A stretch of 51,993 nt of DNA, counting the filler, from Sphacelaria rigidula (taxonomy: Eukaryota): the NCBI GenBank assembly GCA_964200075.2. It is 4 parts of 4 records of this genome, joined end to end, with 100 filler letters (N's around TTAATTAATTAA, not from the genome) between each part and the next. Parts side by side here need not be neighbours in the genome. Positions count along the whole stretch, not along the records: positions 26,048 to 38,970 come from CAXNAA020003298.1; positions 39,071 to 51,993 come from CAXNAA020003299.1; 2 more parts are not named here. The stretch is one strand, 5' to 3'. The notes under the pieces are model-generated. The model searched no databases, had not been told where the DNA came from, and saw only the letters and a list, made by a program, of their open reading frames with translations. A program made the translations under genes and the position numbers. This document shows positions 35,768 to 48,699 of this stretch, piece after piece; position 1 is the stretch's first letter; every line of letters begins with the position of its first letter.

Positions 35768-35833
35768 CTTGATGCGGGTATGTGGGAGAACTGACAGCGA
35801 AGCGGCTGGCCCTCGCACCTTTGCGGTTTGAAA
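35768..35833 (-). CDS. Small 66-nt exon of the EF-hand protein gene
   Basis: CTGACAG|T acceptor and AG|GTTGTT donor. Phase 2/2 links the two flanking exons in frame (FKPQRCEGQPLRCQFSHIPAS). Confidence 0.45.
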
Positions 35834-35980
35834 CTGTCAGAATCAGCTTCGAAGGTTGTGCATATGACACAAGCTACATATCCCATTTATCGCATGGGGC
35901 GCAACGCTGTTTCGTGGATTTTCATACATGCGTGACAAATTCTGAAACAGTACCACTTCGAAGCAGTCTGAAAAATTGAC

Positions 35981-36837
35981 CTTGCTTTGATTCCAAGAAT
36001 GTGGCGGAAGCCGGCCTCCGCCTCCTCCCCCGTCGAGCTCCACAGCCGAGAGTGATTGTCGCTGAATAGTATTGACTGCCCCTGACTGCCCGGTTGACAC
36101 CTCGTGTACCGCAAACCCGGCGCCGGCGCCGGCGACTGGCGCCTCCCGGGGCGATAACTGCCGATGTCTGACATAGACGCAGCCCTTTCTCTGCCCCATC
36201 CTTCACGTTCACCAAGGCTGTTGAAATTACCCCGAGCCGGAATCATAGAGGTCGTAAAATTTGGGTTGCGGCAACCCTCTGTGGCCGGGTTGCGATGGAA
36301 CAAACCCCCGTCGAGGTTGACATCGTCCGCCGGCGCTAACGACCTCGCTCTTCGACGGGCGCTCCCCAACCCTATTCGTCCTCCTCCGCCGCTTCTTCGT
36401 GGGGACACCAACACCCCTTCCTCTCCTTGTCCAATGTCGTAGCTCGTGAGAACGTTTGCAGATTCAGACAAAGAACCGTTTCCTTGTTGTTTTCGAGACG
36501 TTCTTGGTGAGTGATGCTGAGGATTCTGAGGGTCGTGGCCACAAGATATGCGGTGCAACCTGAGAGTGTCACAAAAGTCGCCGTACGACACTTGACCCCG
36601 TCTGTTCGGGTCGGTTTTTCCCACGAGAGTCTTCAGATCCGCGTCGCCTAAAGGGATTCCTAGGGAGCCCAGGCCGGCTCTCAGTTCAGCGGGCGACAGA
36701 ATCGGCGTTTTGAATTCGTCGGTGTCGCCGTGTTCTTTCTCCCCGTCTGTAGATGTTGTCGTTGCCCCCCTTCCTGGTGTGATGCCCATGTTTTTGGCTG
36801 CGACGTTTTTGTCTCTGCGCCGGAACATGTCAAACAC
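35981..36837 (-). CDS. Exon of an EF-hand domain protein with a disordered tail
   Basis: Acceptor CACGCAG|GTG. Encodes VFDMF...ILSPAELRAGLGSLGIPLGDADLKTLVGKTDPNRRGQVSYGDFC (EF-hand pair; second loop DPNRRGQVSYGD). Donor AG|GTCAAT. Confidence 0.75.
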
Positions 36838-37302
36838 CTGCGTGGATTTGTGTGGAACGATGACAAGAATATTGTTTTCTCAGGTCCTCGACGGAATGGT
36901 TATGCTCCAGGTGTAGCGCTGTCCTGTATGAAACATGCACTGTGTGGAACATATAAATTAAGGTGACTCACTCGACGTCCGAACACAATCCGAAGTTATC
37001 CTGCAAGTGTGATATCGTCCTATTCAAAAACGTATACTTGTGCCCTCAACTCGGAACATGGTTTCCCCTGAGCCAGGTCGCACACAGTATCTTCCCAGTG
37101 GTGTGGGTGGTGTACAATCGCATGGAGAGAATGACATTATCACTACTAGCGTAACGTCTCTCCGCCCCACGGTTGAATACAAATTGCCATGAAGCTTTCT
37201 TGGATACTTGAATCAACATAAAAATGGCCAATCAAAATTATATTTCCCAATACGCGGTCTGCAGGACCAACAATGTCACTGTCACCCATATCAAGCATAT
37301 GA

Positions 37303-37660
37303 TCCGCCCCATGGCTCAGTTGGTGACCTCGGAGCCTTCTCACGGTTGGGTCGTGGGTTCGAATCTCGGTGCAGTCACACGGTCTGAGATTTGTTTTACA
37401 CTCTGCCCAACAGTGGAGAGCGACTATGCCGTGGGTAAACAAAATTCGGCTTCACGGTCGACGAGGGAAAGGGACTGCTGAACTCCTCTCACAATTATAA
37501 GAAAAAGGCAAGCACCGCAGAAGGGGACTGGAGTACTAGAACCAAACCATAATAAAAGTCCTATGTTGGCCTTCCTCCTGTGTGATCCCGGCTGATGCGC
37601 TCGCATGTACCGAAAGGTGTACGCTGACGTCCAAAATAGATGGGATGGAACACACACGCA
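37303..37660 (+). mobile_element. tRNA-derived SINE
   Basis: Box A TGGCTCAGTTGG, box B GGTTCGAATCT, a ~280-bp body and a CA-rich tail. Paralog at 40600-40955. Confidence 0.85.
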
Positions 37661-38099
37661 CTCTGAAGCATTCTGTTCTGCTTCACTACCGAACGCCTCA
37701 CCTAACTAACTAAAACGTACCGTTCTGCGTTAACCTAAACATCGCCGACTACCTCTTGAGGTACCTCCGCATGAAACAAATGCCCAGGTTGGCAGCATGA
37801 GCTTTTCACGCAAAACTGCTTACCGACTGCCTATCACCTCGCAATTCACCCACCAATACTCACCGACTCGACGCAGCTTTCGTTTCGATCAAGGGTGGTG
37901 TTGAGTAAACACCAGGGTTGCGTTTTTTTTCTTGACTGCAACCATGCTCAGTGCGCGGAACGGGCGCTGGTGGGAGGGGATAGTGGTGCTCGAGAGTATG
38001 GGCGTGGACGGTGACGACGTACCTTCCGACCGTTGTCATTTGCAGTTCTATTGGCCGTTGGGGACTGCTGCGGGCTGGGCCATCGGGTAACGTCTGCCC

Positions 38100-38630
38100 T
38101 GCAACCGCTGGAGTCCCACTACTTGCCGTTGGGCAGTGAGGGATGTCCGTGCAGCCGCTGGAGTGCCACTGCTTGCCGTTGGGCAGTGAGTGACACTCAC
38201 TTGAAAGTATGCACGATCCAGATTGACTACCCTCGCTGTCTAAAAGTTAATGGTTAGACAGAGGAAGTAGGTCATCTGCTGAATCGGCACCAACTTCACT
38301 TGAAAAAAGTGTGCATGATTCAGATGAACTGCCCTTGCTGTCAAAGGGTTAACTCTTTGACGGCGGGAGTAGGTCATCTGTTGAGACTGTGTCTTGGCAC
38401 ATCATTTTTCGATCGCAAAAGTGCTGTGGGAAACAATGTTTCCGATCTGATAGGTTGTAGTTTCAACTATCGGTGTAAGTATAGAGTACGATTGTTGAAA
38501 TCACGACGTATCAGATGGGAGTTGTCGTTTTCTACCGCACATTCTCGATCGAAAAAAATGTGCTAACATACACCCTGAATCGGCATGCCTGATGCATGAT
38601 CCATATGGACTACCCTCGCGGTCGAAGGGT
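38100..38630. repeat. Local tandem repeats (~50-bp period x2; ~100-bp unit x2-3)
   Basis: GCA.CCGCTGGAGT.CCACT.CTTGCCGTTGGGCAGTGAG occurs twice. TGCA.GAT.CA.AT..ACT.CCCT.GC.GTC occurs three times. Confidence 0.75.
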
Positions 38631-38970
38631 CCAGGGCACGCAGGATTCAACTGGTTTTACTGTGTATTGCCGGCTCCTACAATGCAGTATTGAAGTAGGC
38701 GAGGGCCCTCTGCTGCAGCAGAGGGAAAGCGAGGCTTTGGCCGCTGTCGTCCACCCCGCCACCAGAACTGGGGTTTTACTCCATATTGTTCCAAGGAAGA
38801 TTTGGGAAATATGTTTCCAAAGACCACCTGCTTCTTCGACTCTCTAACTTCCGAGTTAAGATGAAAAACCGCCTGCGAAAAATCCCGATGAACCCTGTGA
38901 CGGTTTAAGAGACAACCAACTAGACTACTGACCAGTCAGCGCTGACTAGGTCAGTAGTCTAGTTGGTTGT

Positions 38971-39070
38971 NNNNNNNNNNNNNNNNNNNNNNNNNNNNNN
39001 NNNNNNNNNNNNNNTTAATTAATTAANNNNNNNNNNNNNNNNNNNNNNNNNNNNNNNNNNNNNNNNNNNN
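38971..39070. other. Artificial contig spacer
   Basis: N run with TTAATTAATTAA linker. Confidence 0.98.
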
Positions 39071-40599
39071 CGACCATTTTTTTCACTTTCACGAGTGTTA
39101 CTGGGCTGAACTACCGCGCCGAAAATGAGAGCCTGTGAGAGTACCCTTTTTTGTAAGCAAAACAGGAGGGTACACCCTGCTCTCTGCTAAAAAGTTATAT
39201 TTACCCTTTTTTGTTCTACTGTTGTCCCTTTTCTGTCAAGTGGTGACCCTTTTTTGTCAAGTGGTGACCGTACCGCCGTAGGGACCTTAGGGACCTTGGG
39301 CGTGGGGCTGGAGCGCTGGAACGTGTTTTTGAGGTGTTCAGCCAGCGTGCAGCGCCGCGCCCCAGAGTGAAAAATGCGCTACCCTTTTTTGCTCCAAAAG
39401 CACAAGGATGTACCCTTTTTTATATATTGTCCGAAAATCTAGCCCCTTCGCTTTCGGAGAGGTCTGAACGCAGAGATCAAAAAGTCCGAAAAAAATGATA
39501 TCTCCGAAAAAACAGTGTCCACATAATACGAGTACTCATAGGCGCCTCGCATAATACATACTTCCTCTGTCCCACGAGGTAAGCCCGTTTGGAGTTTTGC
39601 CGCATTTCTCGTGCATATTTTCGGCTTTTCCCGAGCGTTTTTTTGTTGTTCTCCTTAAATTTTGGAACAGAACTCAAAACCGAGGCTTTAGCCGAGCCCC
39701 CATAGAGAAGCAGCTACACTCACGGCGATCAGAGTGTGTCGGTCGTGAACAACCGGAATCTACCGGTTGGCAGCCTTCCCATCGATTTTTGGAGAAGCGT
39801 TTTTTTTCATGGTTCCCGAGGCGTTTCAGAGAACCGCCCGGACCTGTCATTTTTCAGTCTGCCGTCACCACAGCACTAGTGGAGCATGCATACCGGATTC
39901 GGAGGTATACGCGCCCATCCCGGGGACAATATCCTGTTGTCCCCGGGTCTAGAGGATCTTATTGTTCTCATACATGTCCCCAAGACCTCGATACACACTA
40001 CCGTGGGTCCGAGCATCGAGAAAAAGGTTCTTTATACCCCCTGTATCGCACATTAAGCCAAAAATCTGCCAAAACATTGGCTTTTCTTCGGAAAATCTCA
40101 CTACATGAGCCCACTTCGTGATTTTTTCACGCCGGGGATAATAACATGTGATACCCTGGGTCTAATATATATATATATACATGATGACAACCATATGTGG
40201 AAGTCATGTTGGAGGTCCGTCTGTCGAAAATAACTGTATTGGGTACATTATCGCAATAATATTTCACCACGGGCTTATATTATCCAATGAGATTTTCCAA
40301 ACGGGCTTGTATTGTGGGAAAGAGGAAGTATATCTGATGCATGCCTAGCTGCGGTATAAGTTTGTCACGCCTCTGTTGCTAGCACCAGTGGATGTGTTCT
40401 TCCTACCTGCTCATGCAAACGCGTATGTTTGCATCCGTGATGATGTGGTCCAAATTCATCAACTTTCTTGGCGTCAACGGCTTTCGTCGCCGAAACCTTG
40501 TGAAGTTACGTCGCTTACCACTGGAGTGCGATGGTCTGTTCGTCCATACAACAACATACCTACTGGTCGGTGGGTTAGTTTTTTGGAACTGATTAACCG

Positions 40600-40955
40600 G
40601 TCGCCCCGGTGGCTCAGTTGATAACCTCGAAACCTAATGATGGTTGGGTCGGGGGTTCGATACTCGGAGCGATCTGGGATTTTTTCTCAGACGATGCCCA
40701 ACAACAGTGGAGAGCAACTATGTCGTGGGTACACGAAATTCGACTCCACGGTCGACGAGGGAAAGGGACTGCTAAACCCCTCTCGCGATAAAAAATAAAG
40801 GCAAGCACCACAGAAGGAAGGTGGGGTACTAAAAAAAATAAAAGTAAAAACTCCTGTGTTGACCTTCCTCCTGTGTGATCCCGGCTGATGCGCCCGCATG
40901 TACCGAAAGGTGTAGACCGGCGTCCAGAATAGACGGGACGACAACACAACATATA
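40600..40955 (+). mobile_element. tRNA-derived SINE (same family as 37303)
   Basis: GGTGGCTCAGTTG...GGTTCGATACTC head and shared body CACGGTCGACGAGGGAAAGGGACTGCT...CTTCCTCCTGTGTGATCCCGGCTGATGCG. Confidence 0.85.
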
Positions 40956-43900
40956 ACACATTGACGTATTGTTGTTGAGTGTGGTCGAAACCTTGCAAAT
41001 TTCACCCACTGGGGGTTTGCTCTCGAATACTGACTGTGAAATATATGTATATGCCCACTGTTCGGTTCATCCGTATCTTGAAATAGATCTGTTGATCGAG
41101 CGCCGAGCAAACCATGTAAAGTTGTACCACCGGGGCATGGCGGTCTGCACTGATATATACATATACCAACATATCGACTGTTCGGTGTGTTATCGCTCCG
41201 CATGGGCCGTAACAGCATAAACTCAATCGACCCCAGCAGCTCACCCCCCCCGCTTGGATGTCAAGGGTTGGCGATTCTGTATATCTTCTGCACTTGAATA
41301 CAGTAGGACATAAAAGTGGCACTTCGTTGTTTGCGGGGTGAATATATGCATGCGGTGGGCAGCGTGCGAGATGCGCTATATAGTGTGCGATATTCCCTAC
41401 TAGTACACCAACGTTCAATTATTTAGGTTTACCTTCTTTGTTTGACATGTCCTTGTCACTGTACATGTTGTGTATGATGTCGAAAACAGGCAAGACTTCG
41501 CAATTGAAAGGTCATGAGCGATAAGTGCGCGACGGTAGAGGATTTCAAGTCATCACGTTTCTCCGCTTCATAATTGCAGGAGTGCAAGCTAACCCTGTTG
41601 GGATTCACTGACGATTTTTGTTTTTGTGAATCGGCATCATTTTCAGTCATTTTCAAGTCGAAATGATACCGATTCACAAAGCAAGAATCGCCAGTGGGTT
41701 CCAAAAAGTCAAAAGTCATCTAACTTGGTTTTTACGACAGCGGACGCGGTGCGGAGTGCTGGCCCAATCCGCGAGATCAAATGCAAGCGTGTACGGAGCA
41801 GAGATCGGTTGATCCCTTGAAACAACGGATTCGTCCCGAGGAAGGGGAGAGGTTCAGAGTAGGAAGCCATGCGTGTGTTGGATCGACATCACTTCCACTC
41901 GATTGGCAAATTATAATATACCCCAGATGACCTGCTACGTTGGCGACCAAAGGGTTTGAAAAAAGCGCTCTGGCGCAGGGTTCAAAAAGTCCTCTGCGCA
42001 TCTGCACCAGCGCATTTTTTTGGTCTGAATCGCGCGCAGTGCAGTTTTGGGGAGTTTCCCTCACATGGAATTTGGGTCGCAGATTTTTTCCGGAGGCGTG
42101 AAAAACGCGGGAGTGCTGTTCGCAGGTGGGCAGAAAAACACGAGGGCTATATATGTACTTTGTGAGGTATGTTGACGTGGAAATCGTCTCATGTTTTTGG
42201 CCTCCGGCAGCCCCTACGCGGGGGGCGGCCCTACTCGAGCGACGCCCTTCGGATGGCCTGTGTGGGGGGGGGGGGCGCAGGTCGCCTTCGGCTCTTCTGC
42301 ACTGGCGCAGATGGGGCTTCCGCGACTCCACATTAACCCTGCTCTGGCGTGTACAGAAAAAAATGTAGTGTCATGCACTTGAACATGGGTAGGTGCGAGT
42401 CTTTCTGGGCCTCGATTTTCTCGAAAACGACTCTTGAAGTCATACCACCGAAATGCATGTTACTACGAGTATCTCAGGAGTAGTTCGGTGGTCGAGGTAA
42501 ACGCTGTCCGGAGTGCAGGATCTTTCCTTTAGCTGTTCAAGAAAATCGAGGTGCGGAACGCAAGGCCGCGGGGTGTAACGTTCCGTCACAAATGTCGGCG
42601 GAATGTCAACGCTTCAACTGCCACTGTAGGTCATGTTGGTTTTTCGTGCATTTTTCAAGTGAAAGTGTTGCCAGCAAAACAGATGACTGACTCTGATGCT
42701 CAAAGGTTCAAGCCTGAAGAAGGCACCTGCCGCCAGCATGAAGATCTGAAGCGTTTTGAAGTCGGACCATGAAAGATGCGAGCGGTTTCCAACACGGCTA
42801 TCCCGAATCCCGACAGTCCTACAGGAAACGAGGATCGTGTATCATTGGAGAATTGCTGCAGGCATCAAGCGATTAGATATCCCTAGTTGTCAGTACGTCG
42901 TGCAGTTCTGTTGTGGGGAAGGACGAGTACAGAGTACAGTACATGAATGGTCGAGTTTGAAGACCGTCCTGGATACAGGATTCCCTTTATCTGGATATAG
43001 CGAATACGTCGTTCGTGCCCGCACCTTCTTGTCTCCATTCTTGTTCGTAAGGGTAGACGACACCAGCTCTTCAGTCCAATGCACGCAGGTAATTTCTGAC
43101 GTTGATGTTTCCGTAGTTATTCCCATCGCTTGAGCTTGACCATACAACAGAGTCACCGTGACAGCTGCGAATGGCGGGACGATAACCGTTATGATATTTG
43201 TTCGTTCCGTTTTCCATCACCACACTCGATTGTATACTGCTGCAGGTCCCGTTGGGCCTACACGAAGTGCTTCTGCTACGGTACTCGTCCTCTTCTTTCA
43301 TTTATTTCCTTCGCATAGCCAAGGAGACCCCAACCGCGAATCTCATTTTGTGAAAAATATTGAAGCCCTGCTCTGCCACCCCTTCGAAATACTTTCCCGG
43401 TTTCTGTGAATCTCAATGCGAGGAAATGTCATCTATTTTGTTTTTGCATCCACCCTCCCATCATGATACTGCATGTTGTATACTCTACTGCGATATGGCT
43501 TGGGTCGTATAACTTGACGCAAGAAGTTAAAAGTTGCACAGACACACGTTATATAATATGCATCGCACACATAAGGAACATCATGCTTGACCATCATGGG
43601 GGCATGCGGGGGAGGGGTACACGCCATCCAAACCACCAGGTGTAGAAGAGCACAGAGTGGCCCAAACCATTCTTTATGGGACAACGGAGCACTTCTCCCC
43701 ACCCTCTCTGTACTCTACAGTTGTACAACTCCGAAATATGTCAGTATCCGATCTTACAATGAGACTACTTTGCCATTTGCTTTAGCGACGGGGTATAACA
43801 CCCCTCAGTGACAATATCCCAAAATTTGCTTTTGTCCTCAGCTTCCATGGCCAAGCCGCAGAAATTATGTGCCTACCGAATTTAATGGATAATATATTTC

Positions 43901-44078
43901 AAAGAGATAATCCTCTAAACAGAACAGATTCTTGGATCTTGAACTACTCGGAATTGAAAATCGTTCGCTCAGGGGGTGTTATATCCCATCAGACTTTACA
44001 CCCAGAGTTGTTGGGTTCTGCCGGTTGTGGTTCTAAGCTGCTGTACAAGTACCTCGAGAGCTACGGCTACACAATAGC

Positions 44079-44211
44079 ATGGACACCAGCGCTAGAACTA
44101 GTGATGAATCGCGTGTGGAATACACCCGTGATGGATTGGAGGCGCAGCGAATAGCGAAGACTATTCCGTACTACCCTTTCAAAGGCATCGACCGTTTTTA
44201 CGATATCGGAG
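44079..44211 (+). CDS. APRT: Adenine phosphoribosyltransferase, 5' coding exon
   Basis: Encodes ...AQRIAKTIPYYPFKGIDRFYDIG, matching the APRT N-terminal I..IP.FP..GI..F.DI motif, then a strong donor G|GTATGT. Downstream exons were not confidently found in the window. Confidence 0.75.
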
Positions 44212-45534
44212 GTATGTGTACTTGTTTGTCTGCAAGAAGTGCCTTCTTCCTGTGTCCTGTTGTGTGCAGCAAAACTTGTGCGGTATTATATAGGATGCCT
44301 CGCTCGCCGGTGGTGAGGTGTTCAAGCTATTTTCCAAGCTCGATATCTGCAAGACATGTGATCCCGGATTTCCGAAAGACTGCGCTGTTCCCGATCCCGA
44401 TGACCCAACTTCAGGTCGCGTGCATGTGGTGAAAAGTCGAGAGAATGACGCCAGATCATGTCAACCCGTCTACGCCGAAAAAAACATGAAAAAAGGGGGA
44501 AAATCCGACGTATTTTCATCCCTTTTTGCACTGGTACAACACCCAACCACAACTTCAGCAACATTGGATTGCTGATTGTGCTTCACATGACATGTGGCAG
44601 AAGTCTCAGCGCGTTGCAGCGGTGACAGCGCGGGTACCGCCGTGCCTTCTATACTGAGCATGTCTACACGCGATATTTGAACTTTCGGGAAGCCCCCCCT
44701 TCCGTCCCTGGGCCAGACGCCTCATTACCTCAAGCGCTGACAAAGGAGAAAAGATGGGAACAGAAAACACCAACGGCGGGAGGCCATGGGAAAATGCACC
44801 AGCGTACGTCATGCGCGCACCAAAAATGTCACCCCGGTGCGGTCGGATTAGTTTTGTCCAGTCAGTGAGGGACGCAACGGGTCAAGTTTGTGCACATAGC
44901 CAAAGCCGGGACTTGCCTTTCTGAAGTCTATACAAACAAGAATCGGCACGGTGTAGCTGCCTATTTTCTATACACTGAGTCCCATGTGGCACTGGGACAC
45001 AATTTTTCGGGTCTGTAAAACACGCCTCGGACTAACAGTTTTGCGTGAAGGCTGTAAATACTCAGCCATACGCCGTTCAAAAAAACAGGACCTCGTAATC
45101 CACACTTTTCCGTTGCTGGTACCGAAAGGTTTAACGAGTTTTGTGCAGACTGTCATTATCCACATGGTGTTCGCGTACAGATCGGTGTTGGTTGCCAGCG
45201 CAGCAGCCCCCCAGTTGCTCATGATGTGGAAGTTAGTGCACTATCGTGTCCAGATATGCATGCACTCACGATGTACGTAGTCTTGGTTGCGGGGAAGCCG
45301 TTTCGAAGACGGCATTGCCCAAAAGCGCTAGAATGATCGCTCTGGTCGTGGTCGTGCACGATCCGAACGTGCCACCGATCGATGCACATTCTGCCTGTGT
45401 CATGTCCCGGTAGTGCGCCAAATTTCACGGAGAATGGTCCAGCCGCGGTGGGGAAATCCACGAGCAAAGTTGCTGTTGAAAAGTGCAATGATTTTTGTCT
45501 GCGGGCCTTGTCGAGGCATTTACGTACATATTGT

Positions 45535-46075
45535 TGGATAAGGCTATTTCCAAGTCGGGTCGCGATTTGAGTACCTGCCCGCGTTCGTCCTACGCACCAA
45601 GTACGAACACCATAACACCCGCAAGACACCCACACAGTCCGTAGCTATCGTTCAAGCCATCGTAGGGTGCAGACCGTTTCGTAGCGAAAGCCTGCTATAC
45701 ACAGCGCCAAGAAACACCGCCACCCGACCCGACTCGGACGCAGGGTATGTCCCAGTCCAGCGAGTGGAGTATTATACATGTTCGCGCTCGTCCCATGTGC
45801 CGTGTATGGATACTATAACACCCGGAATACACTCACACAGACCGTAGCCATCGTTCAAGCCATCGCACGGTGCAAACGACCCCGTGGTGGGCGCGAATCG
45901 CGCCCGCTACACACAGTGCCAAGAAATACCGCCGCACCCGACTCGACTTGGATCGCCATTTTACGGTACCTGCCCGCGTCCGCCCCATGTGCCTCGTATG
46001 GAGACGGCAACATCCGTAATACACTCACGCAGTCCGTAGCCATCGTTCATGCGATCGCACGGTGCCCGACAGTTG
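45535..46075 (+). repeat. ~540-bp arm with ~190-200-bp internal subrepeats; inverted partner at ~47965-48478
   Basis: CAC.CAG.CCGTAGC.ATCGTTCA.GC.ATCG occurs three times here and three times in reverse complement at 47965-48478. Confidence 0.85.
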
Positions 46076-46139
46076 GCAGCAGACCTTACTAACCCGTCTG
46101 GATATTAAAATGCCGATGACGGGTTTGGGGAGGTAACAT

Positions 46140-46330
46140 CTACACGTGAATCGAAATTGAAAAGGTCGAGCACAACGAGCAGCTGGGAATTCTCACGTAT
46201 GGGTTCGTTTTCGCCAATGTCGCCCATATGAGGCGCTTCATGTAGCCTGAAATCAAACATCAGGCGCTGTATGACCGTATTCTTCGTGACAGTTTCGGGC
46301 CGGTTCTGGGGGGGGCTATAGGAGAAAGAC
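46140..46330. mobile_element. Partial copy of the 389-650 MITE
   Basis: Shares AACGAGCAGCT.GG.ATT...AATGTCGCC.ATATGAGGCGCTTCATG.AGCCTGAA..CAAACATCAGG and the G-run end. Confidence 0.8.
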
Positions 46331-46599
46331 TCGCCCACTGCCGGTGTAACCTGTTAATGTTGGGCACGAAGTGCGGATAACGTATACCAGCCGCCACCTG
46401 TGTAAGGTGTCTCCATGAGTCCACCCATTCTTCGGGGCACGGGCGGTGTCATTGACACACAACCAGTGGGTCGATTTCCCACGTCTGTACGAGCTACGGG
46501 GAAGACCATTGCTCCATCTCTAGTCCACCCGACGGCACATTGATGGGGCTCCCGTGCTTTAGCGGGGCTACGTATGATATAAAACTTTGTTGCACAACT

Positions 46600-47955
46600 T
46601 ACGTTGCATTTTCCTTAGCACCGACGCATGTCGTCATGCTTGTAGATAGGTTCAGTCAGCAATATTGCGGCGGACGATGGGAACATGAGGAGTCGCACCC
46701 ATATGATACGTTCCGTACGAGCTTTACGTGCCGAGAAGGTGGGCCGTGGTGTTTCCTTGCACACACTATGTCAATCGGTCTTGATCGTACCACGTTGTCA
46801 AGAAAAACGGTCGGAATTTTAATATCCAGAGGAGTTAGCAACGTCTGCTGCCAACCAGTGCTATTCCTCTTCAATATTACGGAGGCATTGTACTGAAATT
46901 ATAATTCATCATCCGCGGCATCAATTGGAGACGGTCGTACTCTAAGGCCTAAAATATCGTGAGACTAGAGGAGCAGACGTCCGAGGAATAGAGCTCTCCA
47001 CATCAGCACGGATACCTGGCGCTACAGACCAACATTCGCGGGTTTGGCAGCCGGATGAGAAAGGGTGCATATCACTACGAAAGGGGGAAGCGCTTATTGC
47101 ACGATATGTATCCGCGCAGGGTAATACCCTACGAAGTTGGCACTGTGTGCTCCTAGTGCCAGTACAACGAGTACTGTAGTACTGACTGTACGATGCGAGC
47201 CACGCCTCAATAGGGCTAGAATACCCGCGATCCACCCGTGAAAAATGTCGACTCGCAACTCGCACTCTGTCCTATTCTGAAACCAAGTGATTACTCTGCA
47301 CAAGGGCGATCACGCGCCTGCCAGAGGAAGGTAAATATCTTTACGTGGGAGCACACCACCGAGGAATATCCGATTGATTTCGATAGAAGAAAACTACAGC
47401 AACTGCCCCTGCCATTTTCAGACCGTCGTGATGACGGCCACGCTAAGTCTGGCACTGTGAGGGAAGAGACGTTGCCCCCTGCCCGAATAGGTCCGCAGTG
47501 GTCCTTGACAGAAGGCACTCTTCTCCTTGGCTGCGTTGTGCGGCCGCGTCTTGCTTTGCACAGCATATAAAACTAAAGGGCATCTGCCTCTAACATATGG
47601 AGAACCTCAACTGGTGGTCATTTCCCGCCTTGGTGCCAGCGACCAACAGGGGGCCGATGTAAACAACAAGGATGGCAAGATCTACTCCTGCCTCCGCGCG
47701 AATTTCATTCGTTACCCTCTCGAATTGTCATCAGAAAGTGTTCTTGTTTTCGGAATCACTGCTGCATCGTTCATAACCATCCTTTCAAGCCATCCAGCGC
47801 ACAAAACGCTTTGAGTCGCCGAAACTGCTGCGTCAACACCTACCTGCGGCTTCAGTTGACACATACGTGAACTTTCAGTATCATCAGACGCCTGGTGTTC
47901 GTGTTGGGGCGCCTCATCTCCAAAAATACCGCCTCCATATTATTGAAAAGGAGTA
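46600..47955 (-). mobile_element. Heavily decayed Ty1/copia RT-RNaseH fragment
   Basis: Degenerate motifs in copia order on minus: LKAFCALDGLK (~KALYGLKQ), LAILVVYIGPLLVAG (~YVDDLLIAG), TVPDLA (~TRPDIA), WQQTLL..PTVFLDN..RHVKL (RNaseH WL..LL..DN..KHI), NIAD. Confidence 0.6.
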
Positions 47956-47964
47956 ACACTGCAA

Positions 47965-48478
47965 CTGGCGGGCACCGTGCAATGGCATGAACGATGGCTA
48001 AGGACTGCGTGAGTGTATTACGGATGTTGCTGTCTCTATGCGAGGCACATGGGGCGAAGGCGGACAGGTACCGTAAAATGGCGATCCAAGTCGAGTCGAG
48101 TTCGGCGGTATTTCTTGGCCCTGTGTGCAGCGGGCGCGATTCGTGCCCACCATGGGATCGTTTGCACCGAGCGATGGCTTGAACGATGTATACGGTTTGT
48201 GTGAGTATATTCCGGGTGTTGTGGTATCCATACATTGCACATGGGACGGACGCGAACAGGTACTTCTTGGCGCTGTGTGTAGCAGGCGCGTTTCTCTTTC
48301 GCTACGAGGCGGGTTGTACCCTACGATGGCTCGAACGATGGCCACGGACTGTGTGGGTGTATTGCAGATGTTATGGTGTTCGTACCAGGTATATAGGACG
48401 AACACGGGCAGGTACCCACATCGCGACGTGACATGGACACTACTTTTGTCCGAGTCGCGACTTGGAAATAGCCTCATC
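47965..48478 (-). repeat. Inverted partner of 45535-46075
   Basis: For example CGGATGTTGC.GTCTC.AT.CGAGGCACATGGGGCG...CAGGTACCGTAAAATGGCGATCCAAGTCGAGTCG is the reverse complement of 45940-46015. Confidence 0.85.
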
Positions 48479-48699
48479 CTGTACTGCTTTATTACGCAAG
48501 ACTGAACTTGCTGTGTGAACTCCGGAATGGCGCACAGTGCCAGTGTCGTTACGGTATCGTTGTACTTGTAAAGCACACAGACAGTACAGTTCGATACTGT
48601 AATTATATAATGAATGTGGTGCCCTATCTGTGTGCACGATACCAAGGGTTTTCACAAACGATATCGCAGGGAGGTATACGAAGGAGTGTGTCTCTATGA

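Noticed and set aside
37303-37375. tRNA gene
   Set aside because: Boxes A and B are present, but there is no closed cloverleaf and it continues into a multicopy SINE body.
38912-38970. Near-perfect 59-bp palindrome
   Set aside because: It ends exactly at the contig edge, so it is likely an assembly or library foldback artefact or a truncated TIR.
42750-43410. Possible Mutator transposase N-terminal remnant (GKVF..., VFKLDHSC)
   Set aside because: Motif resemblance is weak, the frame is broken and no DDE core is visible.
45600-46075. Regularly spaced repeats as a CRISPR-like array
   Set aside because: Whole ~200-bp units are similar with no unique spacers, in a eukaryotic context with no cas genes.
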